Positions 8,406-14,987 of a stretch of DNA of 42,371 bases are shown here, piece by piece. The stretch spans positions 1 through 42,371 of IMG/VR virus record IMGVR_UViG_3300017690_000001. One strand, written 5' to 3'. This DNA is from a virus. Positions within the stretch are counted from its first letter, which is position 1. Each line of letters opens with the position of its first letter. The notes under the pieces are model-generated. The model was not told the origin of the DNA. It made no database searches and saw only the letters and a program-made list of their open reading frames with translations. A program made the position numbers and the translations under genes.

Positions 8406-8518
8406 CGGATGACGGACTTACGACGTGCTGGAATGCTTTGAGGCAACGCTGTGAAGCACGCCGCCATCTTGCGCCGCGTCTCTGCCACGACCTGCGCGAT
8501 CCCCCTCACCTCAATCAT
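8381..8518 (-). CDS. Hypothetical mini-protein (45 aa) bracketed by the 25-bp repeats
   Basis: ATG preceded by the same SD cassette as the next gene. It ends with the same TMGGSDD-stop as the upstream gene. Confidence 0.4.
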   Translation of the reverse strand: MIEVRGIAQVVAETRRKMAACFTALPQSIPARRKSVIRTMGGSDD

Positions 8519-8535
8519 CGCTGCCTCCCATGGTG
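8511..8535. repeat. 25-bp perfect direct repeat, copy 2
   Basis: Identical to 8381..8405 and exactly 130 bp away. Confidence 0.95.
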
Positions 8536-8669
8536 GCGGCTCGGACGCGGCGGTAGAACGGGATGATAGCCTCATCCTCATCCTTAAACTCGTCGCCGAC
8601 CTGCTCCCACATGTCCCATCCACTGTTCCATTGAAAATAGCCGACCAGCTCGAATGCCTCACTCGCCAT
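8511..8669 (-). CDS. Hypothetical acidic protein (52 aa)
   Basis: Internal ATG (MASEAFELVGYFQWN...) overlapping the end of the DUF551-like gene by 11 nt. It ends with TMGGSDD. Confidence 0.5.
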   Translation of the reverse strand: MASEAFELVGYFQWNSGWDMWEQVGDEFKDEDEAIIPFYRRVRAATMGGSDD

Positions 8670-8868
8670 CGTCAGTGTCCTTTGCGGGGTGTGGGGGGAG
8701 CGGCATCCAATGGGTCGGCGTGATCCCGCCTTCAGCTTTGCGCATCCTCCACCAGTCACCATCAGGAAGCACAATCTCGGGCTCAGCTATGTAGCCGCCA
8801 ACGACGATGATACGCTTGTCGCCTAACCCGGTCGCAGCCGGTGCTGTCGATATGTCCTGCCATTCCAT
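8659..8868 (-). CDS. DUF551-like protein
   Basis: MEWQDISTAP ... THWMPLPPHP matches the DUF551 pattern (W.x.I.TAP ... THWMPLP), recognised from memory. Confidence 0.7.
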   Translation of the reverse strand: MEWQDISTAPAATGLGDKRIIVVGGYIAEPEIVLPDGDWWRMRKAEGGITPTHWMPLPPHPAKDTDDGE

Positions 8869-9161
8869 TATCGCGCCTCATCCTTGTTGGGGGTGGGTGG
8901 GGTCAATGCCCCTTCGTCGTTCTGCTGGAGGGCGGCGCGGACCTGTTTTCCAAGGTCCGTAAGTGGCCAGTCGGTTGCGGTCTGAGGCGAATAAAAAGAC
9001 CCCGGTCCGGTAATCCGATCAACCAATTTCCGCGCGCACAATCCACCCGCAGTGCCGAGCGAGGTCCACCGATATGTGCACCCTCCTGCATTCGCATGAA
9101 GCATCGCCTCCCGCTGCGCCTTCGTCAGCCCCGCGCAGATCGCTGCAACGTCGGTGGTCAT
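8868..9161 (-). CDS. Hypothetical protein (97 aa), possible winged-helix
   Basis: ATGA overlap with the upstream gene and TAATG with the downstream gene. Confidence 0.6.
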   Translation of the reverse strand: MTTDVAAICAGLTKAQREAMLHANAGGCTYRWTSLGTAGGLCARKLVDRITGPGSFYSPQTATDWPLTDLGKQVRAALQQNDEGALTPPTPNKDEAR

Positions 9162-9487
9162 GCTCGACCTCCGATATTCGCTTCTTGCTCAAAACGCGCA
9201 GCCTGGGATTGCCCGACTTTGATGCCCTCTCGGAAATTGCGACCTGCGGCATCCACGGCGCGCTTGGTATCCTGCGGACGGACCGCACCGAGCACCATCA
9301 AGCTACCGAATTGTGCGCCGGCGAGCATGGAAGCGGCGGTCATCACGGCCGACATGGCGTCGCGAGGGTCATCGACCATGTGAAGATACGGACCGCAGGC
9401 CAGCTTCATCGCGTTGACCATGCTGAAGACCATGACGTCGAGAGTTTCGCCCTCAGTGATGGCCCGCGTTTGCAACTCGTCGCTCAT
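9158..9487 (-). CDS. Hypothetical protein (109 aa)
   Basis: ATGA overlaps at both ends. Confidence 0.6.
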   Translation of the reverse strand: MSDELQTRAITEGETLDVMVFSMVNAMKLACGPYLHMVDDPRDAMSAVMTAASMLAGAQFGSLMVLGAVRPQDTKRAVDAAGRNFREGIKVGQSQAARFEQEANIGGRA

Positions 9488-10518
9488 GCCTCACCCCCGT
9501 CGCCAGCGGGCTTGAGGGTAGACAGAGCCCGAGCCAAGCGGCGCACATCGCCCACCGTGATGAACATCGCCAGCGGGTGCTCCCACAAGTCACGATCATC
9601 GCTGATCTTAGGCTCATCTCCCCATTCTTCGAGCGCTTCGGCGAACGGTATCGCCGCCTGTTCCAGCAAGTCCCCGCCGGGGGTGGTGGCGTTAAGGTGA
9701 GCATCAGTCACCTTATCCTCCCCGCCGCCCGTCGCCCCGTCCGTCGCATCGGTGGGGGTGGCTAAGAGCATAGCCGTGCGAATACGATCTCGGCTTTCTT
9801 GAATATGCCGATCAGCCGCGCCGTCTCGGTTGTGCCTTGGGCATAATTGAAGGTCGACGGCCGCCCGCGCCAACGCCTCCCGCAACCCCGACCCGGTGTC
9901 GCTCGCGACGGCAGCGCAAGGCCCATCATGCCCCGGTTCGCGCGTGCAAACCCAACCGGCTGGCGGCAACTCACACTTGGTGCGCAAAGGATGATCGAGC
10001 GCACCCGCCCCAATCTCCTGCCCGGCTTCCAAATCCGCCATCCGGAGGCACCATTCCTGCGTTATCGCCCCGGTGTCGCTTGCGACCTTGGGGGCTGCGG
10101 CGAGCATGGCTTTCCGAACGGCGTTACATGCCTGCCGATGATTGAAGTCGGTGGCGAACCAGTGTGGGGATATGGACGCAATCACGTGTTCCACCTCCCC
10201 AGCCGGAACCGTGGTCCCAAGGTCGGCAGCAACACGGTACGATCTGATGCACGTAACACAGTGCCCGCCCGATGTTGATTCAACCCACTTCCCGCATGTG
10301 AAGCATTGCACGCCACGTGGATCAATAGAGGGCTCCCCCGCCGGAACCGCGGCATCGCTCGCGGGCGGGGTGGCTTCCTTGGCGAAGGCGAGCATGGCAG
10401 CGATAGCGATCGGCTCGGGACAATCGCCAAACAAGTTGCCGGCAGCTATACGCGCATCCGCAAGCACTTCACGCGCCCGCGCATCGGGCAGCACAGCGGG
10501 AGTGGGGGAAGAGGTCAT
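9484..10518 (-). CDS. Hypothetical protein (344 aa) with Cys clusters and internal VASDTG repeats
   Basis: Start set at the ATG forming an ATGA overlap with the upstream stop (ORF track start is 10536). No recognised domain. Confidence 0.65.
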   Translation of the reverse strand: MTSSPTPAVLPDARAREVLADARIAAGNLFGDCPEPIAIAAMLAFAKEATPPASDAAVPAGEPSIDPRGVQCFTCGKWVESTSGGHCVTCIRSYRVAADLGTTVPAGEVEHVIASISPHWFATDFNHRQACNAVRKAMLAAAPKVASDTGAITQEWCLRMADLEAGQEIGAGALDHPLRTKCELPPAGWVCTREPGHDGPCAAVASDTGSGLREALARAAVDLQLCPRHNRDGAADRHIQESRDRIRTAMLLATPTDATDGATGGGEDKVTDAHLNATTPGGDLLEQAAIPFAEALEEWGDEPKISDDRDLWEHPLAMFITVGDVRRLARALSTLKPAGDGGEA

Positions 10519-10766
10519 GCTGCGATCTCCGCACATTTGCGGCGGACCTCAGTCGCTTCCGCGTTGTCGCCATAGTCACAGTCGCCGCACTTGCTGCACA
10601 CGTTGACCGGAACCGAACAGTTGCAGCCGTCGCCGCAACCAGCATTTGCGCCACCATACGACTGCATGTCGCAGCCATGAGCGGCGCATGGTTCTGCCGC
10701 CAGTTGCCGCCTGAGTGCGCTTACCCGCGCCTCGGCCGCTTCAAGTTCCTCGTGGAGGTGGCTCAT
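10515..10766 (-). CDS. Coiled-coil + Cys-rich (metal-binding-like) protein, 83 aa
   Basis: Nine Cys within about 40 aa (CAAHGCD...CGDGCNCSVPVNVCSKCGDCDYGDN). ATGA overlaps at both ends. Confidence 0.6.
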   Translation of the reverse strand: MSHLHEELEAAEARVSALRRQLAAEPCAAHGCDMQSYGGANAGCGDGCNCSVPVNVCSKCGDCDYGDNAEATEVRRKCAEIAA

Positions 10767-11476
10767 CGCGAACCCTCCTGCGTCGAAGGGTGGGCGACGG
10801 CTAGCGGCTGAACAACAAGGGCAGCACGGGCCTCTTGCCCGGACACACCTCCCCAGAAAGCCTCTCCGCTGTCGAGAACATACGGATCAGGCCAGTGCGA
10901 CACCGTGAAAGCGTCCCGTTCGGGAAGCCATTTTGCCGCGCCGTATTCGGTCTTGAAGCCCAAGCTGCCGTTGAATTCGAACGGTCCAGGCGGGCATTCG
11001 TTGAGAGATACCGGATCACCAACCGGCTGGAGATGCCAGCCCTCCCCCGCCATCGGTGCGGGGCTATGGGTGGCGAGGGCGGCAAGAATGGCGTCTGTCC
11101 GCAATGTGTTGCGGCGCTGCTCGAGCACCGGATAACCATCTGCCCGATCCTCAAAGACCGCAGGCTCGAAGCCATCCATGAACAGAGTGTGTTCCTCGCC
11201 GGTCTCATCCATCTTCGTCAGGCGATAGGAGTATCCGAAGCGGCCATCCGCTTCCGTGATCGCCGCGATAATCGCCTCCCGCAGGCCTTCCGCAACCGGG
11301 CGGGGATCGGAGTGGGCGATGCGGTGGTCGGTCGCAGCGTCGATAATCGTGTCGATTTCGTCGTCCGTCAGATCGTCGAGCCGGGTGCCTTCCTCGATTG
11401 CTCGCAGCGCTTGGGCGACCCGAGCCCGGCGCATTATACCGCGAGCCACCACCTCGTTGCTTGCGGCGGTCATCAC
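10763..11476 (-). CDS. Hypothetical protein (237 aa)
   Basis: Long ORF with a coupled start (GTGA, or TGATG at 11473). Confidence 0.65.
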   Translation of the reverse strand: MMTAASNEVVARGIMRRARVAQALRAIEEGTRLDDLTDDEIDTIIDAATDHRIAHSDPRPVAEGLREAIIAAITEADGRFGYSYRLTKMDETGEEHTLFMDGFEPAVFEDRADGYPVLEQRRNTLRTDAILAALATHSPAPMAGEGWHLQPVGDPVSLNECPPGPFEFNGSLGFKTEYGAAKWLPERDAFTVSHWPDPYVLDSGEAFWGGVSGQEARAALVVQPLAVAHPSTQEGSR

Positions 11477-11703
11477 AGAGAAATCCCGATCACGACAGCC
11501 ACGACGACGACGACCGCAAGAACCGCAAATTCGATCACGCCTACGTGGAACAGGCCGCTCTCATGAGGCAGTCGATCGCCATGATGCTCCATGGGATAGA
11601 GATCGCTCATCGTTTCTTTCTGCCACTGCGAGAGGCTGGGTTTGTAGAGGGCGTCATAGCCCGTCTTCTTAACGCCAAAGCTGGCGCGCTTGCGAGGTTC
11701 CAT
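11473..11703 (-). CDS. Small membrane protein (C-terminal TM)
   Basis: 76 aa. The C-terminus IEFAVLAVVVVVAVVIGI is hydrophobic. Confidence 0.55.
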   Translation of the reverse strand: MEPRKRASFGVKKTGYDALYKPSLSQWQKETMSDLYPMEHHGDRLPHESGLFHVGVIEFAVLAVVVVVAVVIGISL

Positions 11704-11873
11704 CAGATTAACTCCTGTCGAATTGCATCGAGCGCGCGACGTGCCGCGCGGTACTCGACGTCGAATGTGGTCGAATGGTGGGCGAAAGCGTACTCAGGCT
11801 CCAGCCCAAGCCGTGCCTGTGCATCATGGACGGAGCGCATGATGTCGGCGTTGGTAGGAATGTCGAGGATCAC
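11703..11873 (-). CDS. Hypothetical protein (56 aa), not in ORF track
   Basis: Hand translation gives VILDIPTNADIMRSVHDAQARLG...IRQELI. GTG overlaps the upstream stop (GTGA) and its TGA overlaps the next ATG. Confidence 0.4.
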   Translation of the reverse strand: MILDIPTNADIMRSVHDAQARLGLEPEYAFAHHSTTFDVEYRAARRALDAIRQELI

Positions 11874-12046
11874 AGCGGGTTGCCGTAGAAAGGCGCAGCA
11901 CGGAACTGCTCGACACCAGCGGCACCGGTGTACGGGCCGTTGATGGCACTGCCGTACTTCCTGGCGCCTTCAGCGCGCATCGCTGCAACGTTGCGGCGGT
12001 GTGCTGCGATCAGCTCGTCAATCTCGCGGATGGGGAGGGTGTTCAT
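11870..12046 (-). CDS. Hypothetical protein (58 aa)
   Basis: Internal ATG (MNTLPIREIDEL...) with AAGGAG 7 nt upstream. Confidence 0.55.
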   Translation of the reverse strand: MNTLPIREIDELIAAHRRNVAAMRAEGARKYGSAINGPYTGAAGVEQFRAAPFYGNPL

Positions 12047-12062
12047 GGGGTGTCTCCTTGTT

Positions 12063-12083
12063 GCCGGGGGGATAAGCCCCGGC
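12063..12083 (-). other. GC hairpin between two early genes (7-bp stem gccgggg/ccccggc)
   Basis: Inverted repeat read directly. There is no U-tract, so it is not a classical terminator. Confidence 0.35.
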
Positions 12084-12092
12084 GCGCTACTA

Positions 12093-12341
12093 TCAGTAAA
12101 CCGGTTCGAAGTTTTCGCTTGCGAGCCGCATAGCGGTCGAACGAACCGAACCGTCACTGCGCCGGATCAGGCACGTCTGCGAAACCGCAGGGCCAGTCCA
12201 AGCGCCATGTTTGCAATCCTCAAAGCGAAGCCATTCCTCGAACTCAGAAACGGTCATAACGGCATGGTGCATCGAACCGCGGACAATCACGCTATCCTGG
12301 CCTTCGTGCCCGATGAAGTTCGTATCAAATGAAAGCGCCAT
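12093..12341 (-). CDS. First gene of the leftward early operon (82 aa), function unknown
   Basis: ATG at 12341 with AAGGGA upstream (MALSFDTNFIGHEG...). The longer 12521 start would cross the divergent promoter region. Confidence 0.55.
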   Translation of the reverse strand: MALSFDTNFIGHEGQDSVIVRGSMHHAVMTVSEFEEWLRFEDCKHGAWTGPAVSQTCLIRRSDGSVRSTAMRLASENFEPVY

Positions 12342-12454
12342 GTTCGTTGTCCCTTGCTGTTGAACCGCTTGTAGGCGCATATCTTGCGGCCTGTCAACGC
12401 ATGATGTGCACTTTTTTTGTTGACGTGCACCGGTTGGTAGGCGCATATGATGCG
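12342..12454. promoter_or_regulatory. Bidirectional early promoter/operator region
   Basis: Perfect 12-mer gtaggcgcatat occurs at 12371-12382 and 12437-12448. A related site lies at 12398-12409. TTGACA is on the minus strand (12392-12397) and TTGACG on the plus strand (12419-12424). Two GTGCAC palindromes flank a T7 run. Confidence 0.5.
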
Positions 12455-12665
12455 TATGGCTGACAAACACCCTCACGCTTCGGCACTCGACGCGATCGGC
12501 AAAGCGGCGATCTGCACCCATTACAACCTAAGCCCGCGTGGCTGGCAAAACTGGCGCAAGAACGGTGTGCCTAAGATCTACTGGCACAGCCTAGATCTTC
12601 TGGCGCGCACCAGGGGCAAGCGTCAGCCGCGGTTTCACGATCTAGAAAAGGAACTGACCGCATGA
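12447..12665 (+). CDS. Cro/YdaS-like HTH DNA-binding protein
   Basis: 72 aa. AICTHYNLSPRGWQNWRKNGVPK resembles the Cro/YdaS HTH. It is the first gene of the rightward island, and the true start may be the third ATG (12456). Confidence 0.65.
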   Translation: MMRMADKHPHASALDAIGKAAICTHYNLSPRGWQNWRKNGVPKIYWHSLDLLARTRGKRQPRFHDLEKELTA

Positions 12666-12766
12666 CCCCAATCGACACCCTGCTCCTCATCCTGGCCGTC
12701 ATATCCGGCTGCCTGATGCTGGTGCTTATGTACATGTACAGCGTGCCTTGGGAGGATGAGGCTTAA
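12662..12766 (+). CDS. 34-aa single-TM peptide, not in ORF track
   Basis: ATGA overlap with the Cro-like stop. Hand translation gives MTPIDTLLLILAVISGCLMLVLMYMYSVPWEDEA. Confidence 0.45.
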   Translation: MTPIDTLLLILAVISGCLMLVLMYMYSVPWEDEA

Positions 12767-12800
12767 CGATCTTCCGTAATAATAAAACAGGAGAGAATGC

Positions 12801-12930
12801 CATGATCGTCTACATCATCGCCGGCCTCGCACTGATCGGCGGCTTGTATTTCCTGTACATCAACACCGTTGAAGGCTGGGAGGACAGCGAAGGCTTTCAC
12901 CGAGGCCGCAAACCAGACGGGGATTTATGA
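12801..12930 (+). pseudogene. Frameshifted (or recoded) paralogue of the 34-aa TM peptide
   Basis: AGGAGA SD + ATG 12801 gives MIVYIIAGLALIGG, then a stop at 12870. The +1 frame continues LYFLYINTVEGWEDSEG... and ends in an ATGA overlap with the next gene. Confidence 0.3.
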
Positions 12931-13187
12931 CATACGGCCCTCCCTGCCCGTTTCGAGCGATAGGGTTTACGTGGAAAGCCGGCCTTAATCCGCGCACCCC
13001 GGAATCTCTGTCTATCGTAGCGCAGCACAATGGCGTGCCGGTTGATCGGCTGCCTTGGGCAATGCGCTATGCACCCAACCCCCTCATGCTGGCATGGACG
13101 CACCGACTAGGTGTCATGCAGGCAAAAGGACACGACGTTCGGCCTGATGGCCGTTGGCTCACCATGAAAGAACTGGATAACCTGTGA
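12927..13187 (+). CDS. Hypothetical protein (86 aa)
   Basis: ATG ORF. Its stop overlaps the next start (GTGATG). Confidence 0.55.
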   Translation: MTYGPPCPFRAIGFTWKAGLNPRTPESLSIVAQHNGVPVDRLPWAMRYAPNPLMLAWTHRLGVMQAKGHDVRPDGRWLTMKELDNL

Positions 13188-13507
13188 TGCTCCCCACCAT
13201 CGAAATCATTGACGAATACGTTATGGAAAACAGCGCGTTCGCGGCGCTCAAGGAAATGCGCGAGGACGGTTATTACATCAACGTCCACGTCCTGCATCAC
13301 CGGATCAAGCACCTCAATGCTGCCGGTATTCGTCGCGCCATCCCGCATAACGAGCGGTTGGCGAACATCGATTCCTACAACGTCGAGATCAGCCGCGCAC
13401 AGTCGCAGGAAGGGTGCCGCAACCTGCTCGAAGCGCGGATCCGTTCTGGGCAGGTTATGGGCGTTCCTATGGCGGCGTGGGAAGCGCGGCATGGGGTGGC
13501 GGCGTGA
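13184..13507 (+). CDS. Hypothetical protein (107 aa)
   Basis: Coupled at both ends. Confidence 0.6.
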   Translation: MMLPTIEIIDEYVMENSAFAALKEMREDGYYINVHVLHHRIKHLNAAGIRRAIPHNERLANIDSYNVEISRAQSQEGCRNLLEARIRSGQVMGVPMAAWEARHGVAA

Positions 13508-13764
13508 GATACAGCTACGGTGGCCGCAAGGCCAGCATAATCGCCGCGCATCAGGCGCATCCCGACTGGAACACGCGCCAGATTGCCAATCATCTTAGCT
13601 GTCTTCCGTCGCTGGTCCGATCGGTCAAGCACCGATACCAGCTCAAGGTGGCGACGGTGGGTGTCTTCAGGAAATACGAACAGGGACCGGCACGTGCTGC
13701 TGTGGGGACGTTTCCGTATCCAGGACGCACCGTGGAACAGGTTGATAAGGGGGGGTGGTCGTGA
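13504..13764 (+). CDS. HTH-containing small DNA-binding protein
   Basis: GTGA-coupled start. RKASIIAAHQAHPDWNTRQIANHLSCLPSLVRSVKHR looks like a resolvase/IS-type HTH. Confidence 0.6.
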   Translation: MRYSYGGRKASIIAAHQAHPDWNTRQIANHLSCLPSLVRSVKHRYQLKVATVGVFRKYEQGPARAAVGTFPYPGRTVEQVDKGGWS

Positions 13765-13994
13765 CGCAGTGGCAACCTATTGAGACGGCGCCTTACAATG
13801 AGGCGGTACTGGTCTTGCGACGGGATCGTAGCATGCACGTCGCTCGCGTTGGCGGATATGCAGCAAAACGATGGGGGATATTAGACGCCGATTTCGGCAA
13901 CGCGTCCTGCATGTTCTTTTTTCCCCTCGACGGAAAAGAAGATGCTGATGACGCACCCACCCACTGGATGCCCCTCCCCGAGGCACCGCAATGA
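13755..13994 (+). CDS. DUF551-like protein
   Basis: TQWQPIETAP ... PTHWMPLPEAP. A coupled GTG at 13761 is an alternative start. Confidence 0.7.
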   Translation: MVVTQWQPIETAPYNEAVLVLRRDRSMHVARVGGYAAKRWGILDADFGNASCMFFFPLDGKEDADDAPTHWMPLPEAPQ

Positions 13995-14110
13995 CCCGCC
14001 CCCGCCTTCTAACCGAACTAGCCTTCTGGCTATCACTGGCCGTCGTTCTGGCGTTCACCGCCTGCGCGATCGGCTACCTCGTCACCTGCCTTCTGGATTG
14101 GCTGTTATGA
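13991..14110 (+). CDS. 39-aa single-TM peptide, not in ORF track
   Basis: ATGA overlaps at both ends. Hand translation gives MTRPRLLTELAFWLSLAVVLAFTACAIGYLVTCLLDWLL. Confidence 0.45.
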   Translation: MTRPRLLTELAFWLSLAVVLAFTACAIGYLVTCLLDWLL

Positions 14111-14559
14111 CTACAGAACCTTGGAAACTCACAGGCGATAAATACAGCCCAAACCTTCGCAAATGGCTGACCCGTAACAAGCGCTGGATGAACGATCTTC
14201 CACTGGTTTACCGTTGGAAGGATGGGTGTCTGTATATTGGCCGCAAGGAAGTCGATGAGAACTGGTTTTCTGGCTCGCGTCTGTGGGGTGTCTTGACGGG
14301 CGGCAAGTCTGCCACTGTGTTCGCGCACGTTCCTGATTGGGCACAGCACTTGACTGAAGTCGAAGGCTTCTGGCACCGATATTCGGTCATCGGCCGGTGC
14401 GCGATAGATCCTGAGCACACCCGCGTGTTCATTGGCGACGAAACGCGGTGGCAGATTGATGGCGACCGCCGGCATTGCCTCTGGTGCAACGCTTGCGATC
14501 AAGAGCTACAGCGCTGGACCGAACAAGTAGAACGCTCAGCTTGGAAGGCTGTAGCATGA
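14107..14559 (+). CDS. Hypothetical protein (150 aa) with C-terminal CxxC
   Basis: Internal ATG coupled to the upstream peptide (MTTEPWKLTGDKY...). Confidence 0.6.
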   Translation: MTTEPWKLTGDKYSPNLRKWLTRNKRWMNDLPLVYRWKDGCLYIGRKEVDENWFSGSRLWGVLTGGKSATVFAHVPDWAQHLTEVEGFWHRYSVIGRCAIDPEHTRVFIGDETRWQIDGDRRHCLWCNACDQELQRWTEQVERSAWKAVA

Positions 14560-14753
14560 TCACCACCAACTACCCCGACGAAGCCGTATCGGCGTATCTC
14601 GCATCGCAGCGTGTCAGGAATGCGCGTGTGGTGCGAAATTGCCTTAAGGCTGTGGCAGGTGAGACGAAGGATCCGCGGTTGATGACGGCGTTGCTGGTTG
14701 TGGCTGGGGCGGGTGACGAGGTGCTGGACAAGATCATGCGCAGCCTAAAGTAA
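14556..14753 (+). CDS. Hypothetical protein (65 aa)
   Basis: ATGA-coupled ATG (MITTNYPDEAV...). Its 3' end overlaps the convergent gene 14745..14987 by 9 nt. Confidence 0.55.
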   Translation: MITTNYPDEAVSAYLASQRVRNARVVRNCLKAVAGETKDPRLMTALLVVAGAGDEVLDKIMRSLK

Positions 14754-14987
14754 GGCGCGTATAGGCCACAGCCTCCTAACCTCATCTTCCACCGTCACAC
14801 GAAGCGGCGCCGGTATCTTTGCCAGCGCCGCTATTCTTTCGTACTTGTCATCCATCATAACGATCTCGCGCGCGCCTTCGAAGATGAAGAAGCGCGACCA
14901 GCTCAGGACGGCTGGGGGGATTTTTTCTGCGGGGAGGATACCAGTGAGGTACTGGTGTAGCCACCATGTTACAGGGCGGACTTCCAT
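14745..14987 (-). CDS. Hypothetical protein (80 aa)
   Basis: Internal ATG (MEVRPVTWWLHQY...) overlapping the VRR-NUC 3' end by 19 nt. The longer ORF-track start would lie deep inside VRR-NUC. Confidence 0.45.
   Translation of the reverse strand: MEVRPVTWWLHQYLTGILPAEKIPPAVLSWSRFFIFEGAREIVMMDDKYERIAALAKIPAPLRVTVEDEVRRLWPIRALL

Noticed and set aside
13749-13755. G7 homopolymer at the junction of the HTH gene and the DUF551 gene, as a possible phase-variation switch.
   Set aside because: It encodes Gly-Gly near the very end of the upstream gene. A length change would only alter the last three codons and the coupling distance. There is no evidence of heterogeneity in a single sequence.
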